Below are positions 49,415 to 59,937 of a DNA stretch of 64,000 nt, piece after piece (positions within the stretch are counted from its first letter, which is position 1; each line of letters begins with the position of its first letter). The notes beneath the pieces are model-generated. The model made no database searches. It had not been told where the DNA came from and saw only the letters and a list, made by a program, of their open reading frames with translations. The DNA is from Desulfobacterales bacterium (GTDB taxonomy: Bacteria; Desulfobacterota; Desulfobacteria; Desulfobacterales; YD0425bin51), in contig JADGCY010000009.1 of NCBI GenBank assembly GCA_015228685.1, forward strand, positions 39,589 through 103,588. The letters are read 5' to 3'. A program made the translations under genes and the position numbers.

Positions 49415-50725
49415 TTAGATATTTAAAATATTAGTATTTATTGGCTCTAATTTTTCAGAAGGCTTTGCAAACAAATATCCTTGACCATATTTTATACCTA
49501 GTTTTTTTAATTCCTTATACTCTTCTTTTGTCTCAATACCTTCAACAATAATTTGGGAGCCGATTTTTGAGGATAGATTGGACATAGCCTTCACAATTTC
49601 CTGTTTGATATAGTTTGTATCAATTCCTCTAATAAAAGACATATCAATTTTTAAATAACCAGGGTTTAATTCCATTATCCTCTCCATGTCTGAATAACCT
49701 GTTCCAATATCATCTCCAGCGTGAACAATTCCGATATCTGTATAATCTTTTAGAGCAGCTCTAAAAATATCATAATTATCAATAGCCAGTTTTTCACTTA
49801 TTTCAAAAATAACATTTTCTGGTTTGATTGCTAAATCATCTAGTAATTCTTTTAAATAAAGACCGCGAAATTGAGGATCATGAATTGTCATGCTTAATGT
49901 ATTTATAAAAATTTTTTTATCAGTAGCTAATTGAGGAATACGTTCAAAAGCTTTTTTACGGCATAATCTATCTAATTCAAAAGAGAGACCGCATTCTTGA
50001 GCCAGCATAAAAAGCATAAGAGGGTCTGAAAATCCAGAATTTTCAGGTCCTCTTGTCAATGCTTCATAACCAAGAACATCCAAAGTTTGCATATCGATTA
50101 TTGGCTGATAAAGAGTGAGAACATCCTGCTCCAAGATAAGTTTTTGAAGTTCGAATTTGCTTTCATAATTCCTTTTTATAGAAGAGTATTCTGCCATTTT
50201 TTTAGAGTTTCTAATCAGGCGCATGACAATCCTCATATTATTTACCATAGGATTTTGAATTTCCATTGCATAGCCAATAACTGGTCTTATGTACTCTTTA
50301 AGGTAGGGATAAATTAATTGAAAAATTTCTTTTTCTAAACTTAGCCTAATACGTTCAGAAATACTGTCTAAATGAGAGAGAAGCTGAGTTTTATAGCGCC
50401 TGGGAGATGATAGAAATAAAACAAAAGTATCAGGGTCATGAAAATCAACCACAAAAATATCTTTACCCCTAAATGATTTATTTTTAATATCTCTCAAACG
50501 ATCAGTAATTCGGTTTAATAGAGCATGGTAAATATTGCTTCCATATATATATTCAATTTTAGATAATTGTTCTACCTGAACTGTTATGCAAGCAAGATAA
50601 TGAGATTCTATGAGTATTTTTTCAATTTTTTCATACTCTCTAACAACAGTAGGAAGTCCTAAATATTCATTATAAAAAAAGCCTTCATGGATGTTAATTT
50701 TTGGATCTATTTGAGAGCCTGTCAT
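49415..50725 (-). CDS. EAL-domain c-di-GMP phosphodiesterase with N-terminal degenerate GGDEF-like domain
   Basis: 'LGYEALTRGP' EAL motif, 'QGYLFAKP' end of the EAL domain. The N-terminal ~170 aa lack GG(D/E)EF. Confidence 0.75.
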   Translation of the reverse strand: MTGSQIDPKINIHEGFFYNEYLGLPTVVREYEKIEKILIESHYLACITVQVEQLSKIEYIYGSNIYHALLNRITDRLRDIKNKSFRGKDIFVVDFHDPDTFVLFLSSPRRYKTQLLSHLDSISERIRLSLEKEIFQLIYPYLKEYIRPVIGYAMEIQNPMVNNMRIVMRLIRNSKKMAEYSSIKRNYESKFELQKLILEQDVLTLYQPIIDMQTLDVLGYEALTRGPENSGFSDPLMLFMLAQECGLSFELDRLCRKKAFERIPQLATDKKIFINTLSMTIHDPQFRGLYLKELLDDLAIKPENVIFEISEKLAIDNYDIFRAALKDYTDIGIVHAGDDIGTGYSDMERIMELNPGYLKIDMSFIRGIDTNYIKQEIVKAMSNLSSKIGSQIIVEGIETKEEYKELKKLGIKYGQGYLFAKPSEKLEPINTNILNI

Positions 50726-50739
50726 TTTACCTCCCCTCC

Positions 50740-51873
50740 TTATCTTTGATAATATTTTTCTAAAGTTTGATCTGCCTGCCTTAAAATAAGATTAAAATCA
50801 CGCGGTTCTATTTCATCATGCTTGCATCCACACCCTATACATCCGCGGTTCCCTCTTTTTTCAAAATACCTGCATGGAAGGATATTACCATTTTCATCTT
50901 TTCTCCTGCCATAAAATTCTTCATTAGGCAATAGAGATGAATTTGACATGCCGTGGTAATACCAGTTTGTAAGAACACATCCCCCTCCATTTTCAGGAGA
51001 TGGACATGAGCATATTGTATATCGAGTATCAAGAAGTTTCATTGAAGAAAAAACAATTCCCTTAGAAAGGTATAATATTGTTGCCATTTCAAGACACAAT
51101 TCTTTATTGATAGTATGTGCTTTATGATTTTTATGCATAGAGCGGATCCATGCTGGTGTATATTTTTCAAGAACAGGTAGTATCTCAAAATCAGGATATG
51201 TTAATTCTAAAAAAGTCTCTAAAGAATATTCTTTTGAGTTAGATTTTCGTAAATCTGACATTTTTTCAAATATTAATTCAAATTTTTCACTAGTGTCAGG
51301 AATAGATCCATGTTTTTGAACTATTGATGTATATTTATCCATCATACGATTCAGTAAAATATTTTTTTCTTCATCGTTTAAAATAGTGAAAACTTTTTTA
51401 TTTTCATATTTATTTTCATAGAGATCATCAGCAATACCTGCGCTTCTGCACACACAATGACCTAAATAAACAATTGGAGACTTTAAAATTTCTTCCCAGA
51501 CCATTTGAACAGGAACAACAATACCATTTAAAACATTTTCAAGGGCAATATCTCTCATCTTTGGTATTACTTCACCTTTAAGCTGGCTTATCCACCAAGG
51601 GAGGAGAACAATTAGTTCATGAATTAAAGGTATGCTTGGTTCTCGCCGCCATAAAAAATAATCTCCTATTTTATTAGCCATCCTCCTTATTACAGATCTT
51701 TTAAGTTCTGGTCTATCATCTACATGGAGAGAATCAAAAATAGCTTCTATAAATTCTTTTTTTTCAATTTTTGAAAACTGTTTTATTTGTAATTCTTCAC
51801 TGTTTTCGGGTTTTATATCCTTTATTCTTTCAAGTAAAGATATAAGTTCATTAACATGCTTATTTTGTTCCAT
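50740..51873 (-). CDS. Hypothetical Cys-rich protein
   Basis: Length 377 aa. Clusters 'GHCVCRSAG', 'ICSCPSPENGGGCVLTNWYYHG', 'CRYFEKRGNRGCIGCGCKHD'. No known motif recognised. Confidence 0.5.
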   Translation of the reverse strand: MEQNKHVNELISLLERIKDIKPENSEELQIKQFSKIEKKEFIEAIFDSLHVDDRPELKRSVIRRMANKIGDYFLWRREPSIPLIHELIVLLPWWISQLKGEVIPKMRDIALENVLNGIVVPVQMVWEEILKSPIVYLGHCVCRSAGIADDLYENKYENKKVFTILNDEEKNILLNRMMDKYTSIVQKHGSIPDTSEKFELIFEKMSDLRKSNSKEYSLETFLELTYPDFEILPVLEKYTPAWIRSMHKNHKAHTINKELCLEMATILYLSKGIVFSSMKLLDTRYTICSCPSPENGGGCVLTNWYYHGMSNSSLLPNEEFYGRRKDENGNILPCRYFEKRGNRGCIGCGCKHDEIEPRDFNLILRQADQTLEKYYQR

Positions 51874-52026
51874 TTATTTACCTTTCCTGAAAAATCAATT
51901 ATGTACAATTGACAATTTTCACTCTACCTCTTGAATATTATAGCATATATTAATATAATGTCTAAAGTTTTATGAATAAAGTTAACATGCTTTTTTAAGA
52001 TTATTTTTTTTAAATAAGGAGATTTA

Positions 52027-53043
52027 ATGAAATTGTATAAGAAGATTTGTACTATAATATTATTTTTAATTTTTTTTATAATCTTAAACAACCATGTTGC
52101 TGAATCACAAACTCATGGATTACCAACTGGAATAAAAGAATTTTTTGATGATGGCAAGTTTTTACCAGATGGAAATGCTGAATATAGATTCCAATTAGGT
52201 GGTTTTTATAGTTTATCAAAGAAGTTTTACAACACGGATAATGATCTTGTAGAACCTTCATCTTATAAAAATTATAAAAGATTTGGCTATTTTTTAGTAG
52301 GAGAGAAAAAAATCATGAATGATTTTTTGGTAGGATTTACTTTACCTTGGCTCAGAAGCGAATCATATCGAAATAAAACTTATTATTCGGTTGGTGATTA
52401 TGCTTTGGAAGGAATTGGTGATATTTATTTACGTGGAGGATGGATCCCTATCAAAAATGAACTTTTTTCTTTTTATGGGGAACTCCAGATTATTATAACT
52501 AATACTGATAAAAGAGATTCTTTTACAGATGCTTATGTGTATATTGGAAATGATGGGCATAATGCAGTATCTGGAAAATTTGCTGCCTCATATCAACCAA
52601 TAAAATCTTTCAAACTGAATGGCCATGTTGGCTACCAAGCAAATTTGTCTGATAAAAGAGTTGTCATTGAAGGAGAAAGAGCAAAAAAGGTTTCTAATGG
52701 AACTATGAGTCAGATCAATGCAGAAATTGATCCAAGAGACTATTTTACTTTGTTTTTGGATAGTACTTATTCCTTTTCTAATTTTAAATTTTCTATAGGT
52801 TATGAATGGTTTTATGAAACTAAAGACAGGATTTCAAATATTGAGAGTGATGGATTAACTAAAGTAGAACAGGAAGCTCTTAAAACAGTTGGCGGATATG
52901 CCTATATCCATAGTATTCTTGCAGGAATAGGATATGAATTCAATAAGGAATTTTCATTTTTATTAAACTATAAAACGCCATTTAAAGGACATTATGGCTA
53001 TAGTGAGGATATCTGGTCATTTATGATTGAGAGAGTATTCTAA
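52027..53043 (+). CDS. Putative outer-membrane beta-barrel protein
   Basis: Signal peptide, alternating hydrophobic beta-strand pattern, C-terminal '...RVF'. Confidence 0.45.
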   Translation: MKLYKKICTIILFLIFFIILNNHVAESQTHGLPTGIKEFFDDGKFLPDGNAEYRFQLGGFYSLSKKFYNTDNDLVEPSSYKNYKRFGYFLVGEKKIMNDFLVGFTLPWLRSESYRNKTYYSVGDYALEGIGDIYLRGGWIPIKNELFSFYGELQIIITNTDKRDSFTDAYVYIGNDGHNAVSGKFAASYQPIKSFKLNGHVGYQANLSDKRVVIEGERAKKVSNGTMSQINAEIDPRDYFTLFLDSTYSFSNFKFSIGYEWFYETKDRISNIESDGLTKVEQEALKTVGGYAYIHSILAGIGYEFNKEFSFLLNYKTPFKGHYGYSEDIWSFMIERVF

Positions 53044-53073
53044 TAAATTAACACTCAGAGTTTTATATGTTAT

Positions 53074-53922
53074 TTAGCTTTTTTTAACCTTGTAATATAT
53101 TGCACCCATTTCATCTATGATATCAAATTTACTACTATATCCAGATGCAGTTTCTCCTGTTCCAAGAAAAAGAAATCCTTTGGGAGATAATATATTAGCT
53201 AAGCTGTCTATAAGTTTTTGCTTTAACTCATCTGAAAAATAAATAATAACATTTCTTAAAAATATTATATCAAAAGTTTTTTGTATATTAGTTGGATTCT
53301 TAAAGTTTATTGTTTTAAATTGAACTAGTTTTTTTATTTTTTCGTCTAAAATCCATTGATTTTTATCTTTTTTAAAATAAGAATCGAGATATTTTTGAGG
53401 CATACCACGGTTTATGGCAATATCATCATATTTGCCCAAAGATGCTATTGAAAGTACACGATTTGATATATCTGTTGCTAGAATGTTTATTTTACCAAGA
53501 TATATATTTTTATCTTTTTGAGAGTTAAAAAAATCAAAAGCAATAATAGCAATAGAATAAGGTTCCTGACCTGTAGAACATCCTGCTGACCAAATATTTA
53601 TTTCTTTACGCTGGCCTGATAAAATTTCTTCTTTATATTGCGGAAACAATTTTTCCTCTAAAATTTTAAAAGGATATTTATCTCTAAACCATAAGGTCTC
53701 ATTTGTTGTTATTGAATCTATAAATAAAGTATGAAGATCAGCTCTGGGTGTGCTGTTTTTTAATTTATAATAAAATTCAGTAAAAGTTTTGCATCCATTT
53801 TGAGCTATTAAACTTCCTAGTCTGGTTTCAAGAAGATATTTTTTATTTTCTCCTAGAGAAATACCACAGTGCTCTTTAATAAAATTTTTAAATAATGAAT
53901 ATTCTTGATCTGTAATTTTCAT
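53074..53922 (-). CDS. cheR: Chemotaxis protein methyltransferase CheR
   Basis: N-terminal helical CheR_N, SAM-binding 'NIWSAGCSTGQEPYSIAI'. Confidence 0.85.
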   Translation of the reverse strand: MKITDQEYSLFKNFIKEHCGISLGENKKYLLETRLGSLIAQNGCKTFTEFYYKLKNSTPRADLHTLFIDSITTNETLWFRDKYPFKILEEKLFPQYKEEILSGQRKEINIWSAGCSTGQEPYSIAIIAFDFFNSQKDKNIYLGKINILATDISNRVLSIASLGKYDDIAINRGMPQKYLDSYFKKDKNQWILDEKIKKLVQFKTINFKNPTNIQKTFDIIFLRNVIIYFSDELKQKLIDSLANILSPKGFLFLGTGETASGYSSKFDIIDEMGAIYYKVKKS

Positions 53923-54105
53923 GTTGCCAAATTAGTTAAAGCTATAAAATGTGTCAATATAAAAAAAATACATTTGCTCTTAAAAAATAAAAATGCTATC
54001 AAGAATTGAGTAAACTTTATAAGCTCTTGAAATAAAGGGCTTATAAAAACTAAATTTAACCATAAAAAAACTTATAGTCTTTAATCAGAAAGGAGAGAAA
54101 GTTTT

Positions 54106-54792
54106 ATGAAGAAAAATCTTATGAAGGGTATTTTAATTGCGCTAGGTGTAATTATGCTTGTATCAATTGGCAATATTGTACTTGCAGAAGAAAAGAAAGA
54201 AGCGGCGCCACCTTCAGAAAACATCGTAGTGGTTAATGGACAGGCTGTTTCAAGAGCATGTTTTAATTGGGCTCTATCTAATTCATTAACAAGAGTTGAA
54301 AAAAACGGTAAAAAATTGGATGCTAAAGACCTTCTTTCTCTTAAGCATCAAATTGTTGAAACAATAGTTAATGCTGTTGTTTTAGCTCAGCAAGCTGCAA
54401 AAGATGGTATTAAAGTTGATGATGCAGTAGTAAATACAAAATGCGATGAAAGAAAAAAGAAACAATTTCCTAATGACGCTGACTATCAAACTATGCTTAC
54501 AAAAGCTGTTGCAACTGATGCTGCAGTAAAAGAACTTTGCAAAATGGATTTAGTTGTGGCTGCATTTGAGAAAAAAATGTCTGATGCTATAAAAAATACC
54601 CCAGAAGAAATAAAAGAATTTTATGATAAAAATCCTGATAAATTTAAAGGAAAAGATGGAAAAGTTGTAGCTTTTGATACTGCAAAAGTAGCAATTGATG
54701 CTCTTTTAAAGATAACAAAATTCCAGAAAGATCGTGATGATTTTATTACTAAATTAAGAAAAGAAACTAAACTAGAAAGATTCCCAATGTAG
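54106..54792 (+). CDS. SurA-N-like periplasmic chaperone-domain protein (no PPIase domain); paralogue of the N-terminus of the next gene
   Basis: Signal peptide. 'VVVNGQAVSRACFNWAL' parallels 'VAVVNGTAISRADFNRAL' of 54870..55841. No parvulin domain. Confidence 0.55.
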   Translation: MKKNLMKGILIALGVIMLVSIGNIVLAEEKKEAAPPSENIVVVNGQAVSRACFNWALSNSLTRVEKNGKKLDAKDLLSLKHQIVETIVNAVVLAQQAAKDGIKVDDAVVNTKCDERKKKQFPNDADYQTMLTKAVATDAAVKELCKMDLVVAAFEKKMSDAIKNTPEEIKEFYDKNPDKFKGKDGKVVAFDTAKVAIDALLKITKFQKDRDDFITKLRKETKLERFPM

Positions 54793-54822
54793 TATTATAA
54801 ATTAAAATTATTAAGATAAATT

Positions 54823-54858
54823 ACAGCCCGCAATAAAACGGCGGGCTGTAATTTTATT
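54823..54858 (+). terminator. Rho-independent terminator
   Basis: Perfect 9-bp GC-rich stem ACAGCCCGC/GCGGGCTGT (54823-31 / 54841-49), 9-nt loop, then AATTTTATTAT. Confidence 0.7.
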
Positions 54859-54869
54859 ATAGAGGTTAT

Positions 54870-55841
54870 ATGAAAAAAACATACTTTTTTATTTTTACAA
54901 TACTTTTAATTATTTTTCAGTCTAATTTAATAAATGCAGAAACGAAAAATGCAGCTTCTAATGAAAATGTTGCAGTAGTTAATGGTACTGCAATTTCAAG
55001 AGCTGATTTTAATAGGGCATTAGATTTTTTTACTCAGAGGATGGGTAAAATGGGTAAACCATCAGATGATACTCAACTAGGAAATTATAAAAAAAATATA
55101 CTTGATTCCTTGATAAATGTTCAGCTACTTTATCAAGAGAGCGTAAAACAAGGCATTAAAATTGATGACAAAGAAGTTGAAAAAAAATTTGAAGACGCTA
55201 CAAAAAGAGTTTATTCTAAAGATTCTGATTATAAAGATATGCTAAAGCAAGCTGGCCTTACTGAAAAAGAATTTAAAGATCATTTTAAAAAGGATTTATT
55301 TGTGCAAGAATTTATAGCAAAGAAAATAGAGCAGAATGTAAAAGTTACACCAGAGGATCTAAAATCTTTTTATGACAAAAATCCTCAAAAATTTTTGAGA
55401 CCAGAAATGGCAAGAGCAAGCCATATATTAATTAAAGTAGATAAAGGTGTTGATAAAGAAAAGGCAAAAAAACAGATTGAAGGTATTTTAGAAAAAGTTA
55501 AAAAAGGTGAGGATTTTGCAAATCTTGCTAAACAAAATTCTCAATGCCCAAGTGCTGCTCAAGGAGGAGATCTTAATTATTTTGATAGAACTAGAATGGT
55601 AAAACCATTTTCTGATGCTGCTTTTGCTTTAAAAATTGGAGAAGCAAGCGGAATAATAGAAACAGAATTTGGATATCATATAATAAAATTAACTGATAAA
55701 AAGCCTGAATCAACAGTATCTTTTGACGAAGCAAAAGATAAAATCGAACAATATCTAAAAAAATCTAAAGTTCAAAAAGATATTGAAGATTATATTACAA
55801 AACTAAGAAAAGATGCTAAAATAGAAACTTTTTCACTATAG
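54870..55841 (+). CDS. Parvulin-type peptidyl-prolyl cis-trans isomerase (SurA/PrsA-like)
   Basis: SurA-N-like domain plus PpiC domain 'ARASHILIKV...FGYHIIKL'. Confidence 0.8.
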   Translation: MKKTYFFIFTILLIIFQSNLINAETKNAASNENVAVVNGTAISRADFNRALDFFTQRMGKMGKPSDDTQLGNYKKNILDSLINVQLLYQESVKQGIKIDDKEVEKKFEDATKRVYSKDSDYKDMLKQAGLTEKEFKDHFKKDLFVQEFIAKKIEQNVKVTPEDLKSFYDKNPQKFLRPEMARASHILIKVDKGVDKEKAKKQIEGILEKVKKGEDFANLAKQNSQCPSAAQGGDLNYFDRTRMVKPFSDAAFALKIGEASGIIETEFGYHIIKLTDKKPESTVSFDEAKDKIEQYLKKSKVQKDIEDYITKLRKDAKIETFSL

Positions 55842-55846
55842 TATTT

Positions 55847-57673
55847 ATGCTTAGGGTTGAAAATCTTAAAAAAAGTTTTGGATCTGAACTACTTTTTGAA
55901 GGAGTCAGTTTTACTGTAAATAATGGAGAAAGGGTAGGTCTTGTAGGCAGGAATGGGCATGGCAAAACTACCCTTTTTCGTATCTTAAACCGTGATGAAA
56001 TTCCTGATGAAGGTATTATTACTTATCCAAGACATTATCACATAGGTTGTATAAAACAGGAAATATCATTTACAGAAGATACAGTTTTAAAAGAAGGAAT
56101 GACAGGATTAAGAGTTGAAGAACGTGGTCATTATTGGAAAGTAGAAAAAATTTTAATAGGACTTGGTTTTGGAACTAAAGATTTTAATCGTCATCCCCTT
56201 GAATTTTCAGGAGGATATCAGGTTCGTTTGAATCTTGTTAAAGTATTAGTATCTGAACCTGATATGCTTCTTTTAGACGAACCTACCAATTATCTTGATA
56301 TTACTTCTATTAGATGGATTGAAAAATTTTTAATAAACTGGCAGCATGGGCTTATGTTAATTACCCATGATAGAAGTTTTATGGATAAAGTTGCAACTGC
56401 AATTATTGGAATTCACAGAAAAAAAACCCGCAAAATATATGGAAATACAGAAAAATATTACAATCAGATAGCTCAAGAAGAAGAAGTATATGAAAAGACT
56501 CGAATTAATGATGAACGCCAAAAAAAAGAAGTTGAGCAGTTTATCCAAAGATTTAGGGCTAAAGCTAGACTTGCAAATATGGTGCAATCTAGAATTAAGC
56601 AGCTAGAAAAAAAAGATAAAAAAGATAAACTAGAAAAAATAAAGAATCTTGAATTCTCTTTTAGAGACAAGCCTTTCCCTGCTAAATATGCTTTAACTGC
56701 AAAAAATATTTCATTTTCATACGATGGTCAAAATCCTTTAATATCAACATTTGATATTACTATAAAAAGCGGAGATAGAGTTTTTATTATTGGGAAAAAT
56801 GGAAAAGGAAAAACAACTCTTTTGAAAATTTTAGCTGGAAAACTCTTGCCAAATTATGGGGAAATAATCTATCATCCTAATTTATCTTTTGGTTTATTTG
56901 AACAGACTAATATTAAAACATTAGTTGATACAAGAAGCGTTTATGAAGAAATAATATTTAGCGATCCTGATTATGATAAGCAAAAAGCTAGAAATATTTG
57001 CGGAGTTATGATGTTTGAAGAAGATTTGGCTTTAAAAAAGATAGGAGTTCTATCAGGTGGTGAGAAAAGCCGGGTTCTTATAGGAAAACTATTGATTACA
57101 CCAACTAATATGCTTCTTTTAGATGAGCCAACTAATCATTTTGATATGCAGTCTTGTGATTCACTAATTTCTGCTTTAGATGAATTTCCTCATGCTTTTG
57201 TCATGGTTACCCATAATGAGTTGTTTCTTCATGCTTTAGCAACAAGACTCATTGTATTCAAAGATGAATTTCCATATGTATTTGAAGGTACTTATCAGGA
57301 ATTCCTGGAAAAAGATGGATGGGATGAAGAGGAAATAGTAAAAACTGAAAAAAAGACAGATAATAAAAAAGAAATAAGACGTAAAAGATCCCAAATTTTA
57401 GCAGACAGATCAAAAGCATTAAAACCAATTGAAGAAAAAATAGAGCAAATAGAAAATAATATAGAAAACATAGAAAAAAAGATAAATGAATTAAATGAAG
57501 CAGTAATAAAAGCTTCTATAGATAAAGATAGCTCTAGAATCAAAGAACTTTCGCAAAATATTTATAAATTTCAACAAATGCTTGACAATTCTTTCGATGA
57601 ATTGCAAATATTAACAGACAATATAGATAGTCAAAAACAATTTTTTGAAAAACAACTCTCACAAATAGAGTAA
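55847..57673 (+). CDS. ABC-F family ATPase (tandem ABC domains, no TMD)
   Basis: Walker A 'GRNGHGKTT' and 'GKNGKGKTT'. Signatures 'FSGGYQVRLNL' and 'LSGGEKSRVL'. C-terminal coiled coil. Confidence 0.85.
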   Translation: MLRVENLKKSFGSELLFEGVSFTVNNGERVGLVGRNGHGKTTLFRILNRDEIPDEGIITYPRHYHIGCIKQEISFTEDTVLKEGMTGLRVEERGHYWKVEKILIGLGFGTKDFNRHPLEFSGGYQVRLNLVKVLVSEPDMLLLDEPTNYLDITSIRWIEKFLINWQHGLMLITHDRSFMDKVATAIIGIHRKKTRKIYGNTEKYYNQIAQEEEVYEKTRINDERQKKEVEQFIQRFRAKARLANMVQSRIKQLEKKDKKDKLEKIKNLEFSFRDKPFPAKYALTAKNISFSYDGQNPLISTFDITIKSGDRVFIIGKNGKGKTTLLKILAGKLLPNYGEIIYHPNLSFGLFEQTNIKTLVDTRSVYEEIIFSDPDYDKQKARNICGVMMFEEDLALKKIGVLSGGEKSRVLIGKLLITPTNMLLLDEPTNHFDMQSCDSLISALDEFPHAFVMVTHNELFLHALATRLIVFKDEFPYVFEGTYQEFLEKDGWDEEEIVKTEKKTDNKKEIRRKRSQILADRSKALKPIEEKIEQIENNIENIEKKINELNEAVIKASIDKDSSRIKELSQNIYKFQQMLDNSFDELQILTDNIDSQKQFFEKQLSQIE

Positions 57674-57679
57674 ATAATT

Positions 57680-59617
57680 ATGATATTTAAAAAAAATAGC
57701 ATTCTTGTAGTTGATGACAATCCATTCAATAGAGAATTAATTTCACATATAGCTAAAGAAAAAGGTTTTAAAATTGTTGAAGCTAGTAATGGGAAAGAAG
57801 CTATTGATAAAATAAAAGAAAGTAATTTCGTGTTGGTTTTTATGGATATGATAATGCCAATAATGGATGGATATGAGGCAACAAGAAAAATAAGATCAAT
57901 GGGTTTAGATATCCCTATTATTGCAGTTTCTGCAATGAGTTTTAAACAGGATAGACAGAAAAGTTTAGAGGCTGGGTGCAATGATTTTTTACCAAAGCCT
58001 TTAAATACAACTGATCTAGAAGATATGATAGAAAAATATAGCAAGGGAAAATCAAAACAGGAAATAGATACTCCTACAGTAAAATATTTTGTTCAAAATA
58101 TTAATTTCAGAGATTTCCCTATCCTTCTTGTTGAAGAAAATGATGGATTATGTAAGAAATATATAGAAATATTAAAAAAATCTGGGTTTGAGGTTACGCG
58201 TGTAAAAAATGGCTCTGAAGCTTTTGAATTTATAAAGGAAGAGCGTTTTAAAATTATTTTAACAAATATTTTTACTCCTGGTATAGATGGCTTAGGTTTA
58301 CTTATTTTAACTAGAAGGCAATATCCTCAAATACTTTTTTTTATATACACTCCAAAATATGACCCTGACACTTTTCAATTAGCTATTCAACAAGGTGTTA
58401 ATGGCATAATTCCTCAGTACCAGTTTGAAGGGTCAGCAATAAGAATGATTGAAATAGCCCTTCATCAGAGACATCAAGAAGAGGTTAAACAGACATCAAC
58501 TTCCAATATGATTAAAATTGCTCAAGATCAATTAATTGGTTTTGGATGTGATGTTCAGTGTAAATTTTGTGACATAGCTTATTATAGCCTAAAAGAAGCA
58601 GGCGGAGATATGGCAAGATGCCGTCATTTTAATAAAGAAGGAAGATGTGGAATTATTGTAGCAGATGTAGCAGGCCATGATGTGATGAGCTCTTATATAA
58701 GTGCAATATTCCTTGGAATGCTTCTTACAATTTGGGACAAAAATCAAAATCCAATGGAACTTTTTAAGATTATTAATTTTGAATTAAATAAATTTGGATA
58801 TAATGAAACACATGTTTGTGCTACAGCAATACTATGGGATCGCAATAGAAATAAAATGAAGATTGCAACTGCTGGAAATCCTGGTGGAATTTTCATAAAC
58901 AAAAATCCAGATGGTTCATTGAATTATAAGGAATTTCAGGGTGGAGGTATGGCATTGGGACTTCTTAAAACCCATGATCTTTTTTTTGAAGAGGAAGTAT
59001 CCTTTGATAAAGAAGGATTTTTATTTATTTTTTCAGATGGAATTGAAAAAGAACAACTGCTTCACATAATAGCAGAAAATCCTTCCATGCTTGATAAAGA
59101 AAATTTTTGTGGAATAAGCCAAAAAATTTTAGACGGGGTTTTGGCTAAAGAAAAACAGAAAGATGATATGGTTTTAGCTACCCTTTATATCAGAGGGGAA
59201 GCAACTTCAAAACTTCATTATGGATTTTTGTCAAGTTATGAAGGAGTTGACAAAGCATGTGAGTGGTTTAATGAAAATTTGACGCATGAGAATTTTCCAA
59301 AGGGAAAAGATAAGGATTTAATTTTACTCGCAGTACGAGAGTCTTTGTTAAATGCTGTTGAACATGGAAATAAATATAATAACAACGCTTATGTTGATTT
59401 ATCGGTTTCTTTTAGCCCAAAGGAGCTAAAAATTAATATTTCAGATGAAGGAGCAGGTTTTAGTCTAAACGATAAAATAAAGCAAATTGATACATTAACT
59501 GATATTCGCATTGGCAGCAGAGGGTTACCTTTGATGCTCTTAGCTTCAGACAAAGTAGAAGTAGATGGTGGAACAGTTTCATTAATATTTAATAACAATG
59601 TGGAGGTAATTTCATGA
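57680..59617 (+). CDS. Partner-switching regulator: REC + degenerate REC + PP2C (SpoIIE) phosphatase + RsbW-like HATPase kinase (HsbR/RsbU-like)
   Basis: REC1 'LVFMDMIMPIMDG'. REC2 has Asn at the acceptor position ('IILTNIFTPGIDG'). PP2C 'GIIVADVAGHDVMSSY'. C-terminal 'LLNAVEHGNKYN...ISDEGAGF' GHKL kinase. Confidence 0.75.
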   Translation: MIFKKNSILVVDDNPFNRELISHIAKEKGFKIVEASNGKEAIDKIKESNFVLVFMDMIMPIMDGYEATRKIRSMGLDIPIIAVSAMSFKQDRQKSLEAGCNDFLPKPLNTTDLEDMIEKYSKGKSKQEIDTPTVKYFVQNINFRDFPILLVEENDGLCKKYIEILKKSGFEVTRVKNGSEAFEFIKEERFKIILTNIFTPGIDGLGLLILTRRQYPQILFFIYTPKYDPDTFQLAIQQGVNGIIPQYQFEGSAIRMIEIALHQRHQEEVKQTSTSNMIKIAQDQLIGFGCDVQCKFCDIAYYSLKEAGGDMARCRHFNKEGRCGIIVADVAGHDVMSSYISAIFLGMLLTIWDKNQNPMELFKIINFELNKFGYNETHVCATAILWDRNRNKMKIATAGNPGGIFINKNPDGSLNYKEFQGGGMALGLLKTHDLFFEEEVSFDKEGFLFIFSDGIEKEQLLHIIAENPSMLDKENFCGISQKILDGVLAKEKQKDDMVLATLYIRGEATSKLHYGFLSSYEGVDKACEWFNENLTHENFPKGKDKDLILLAVRESLLNAVEHGNKYNNNAYVDLSVSFSPKELKINISDEGAGFSLNDKIKQIDTLTDIRIGSRGLPLMLLASDKVEVDGGTVSLIFNNNVEVIS

Positions 59618-59937
59618 AAGCCTTGGTTAATAACCAAACTTTATTTATATATCCAGAGACAGATCTAGTTGCAAGCCGTATTGAAAGCTTAAGGGATTTT
59701 ATTTTGGGACAACTAAGACAATATAAAGAACCTTCTAGAATTGTTTTAGATGCTTCAGGAATTGAGATTGTTGATTCACTGGGGGTAAACTTGATAATAG
59801 GTCTCTACAGGCAGGCTGATTCTGAATCTAAAAAATTCGAGATAGTTGCGGCTGGAAACCAATTTATGAAAGTTGCAAATTTTTTCCGTTTCTCGACACT
59901 TTTTAGCGTTAAAAGTAAGGAGGAAAAAGGTGATTAA
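59614..59937 (+). CDS. STAS-domain anti-sigma-factor antagonist (SpoIIAA/HsbA-like)
   Basis: Length 107 aa. 'LDASGIEIVDSLGVNLII' with the conserved phosphorylatable Ser in 'DSLG'. Confidence 0.75.
   Translation: MKALVNNQTLFIYPETDLVASRIESLRDFILGQLRQYKEPSRIVLDASGIEIVDSLGVNLIIGLYRQADSESKKFEIVAAGNQFMKVANFFRFSTLFSVKSKEEKGD

Noticed and set aside
48925-49434. Plus-strand 169-aa ORF overlapping the repeat region ('DSTDPNLDSTDPNL...')
   Set aside because: It is low-complexity and S/F/I-rich, and it is antisense to a well-formed coiled-coil ORF that is co-oriented and tightly spaced with its neighbours. It is probably a mirror artefact of the tandem repeat.
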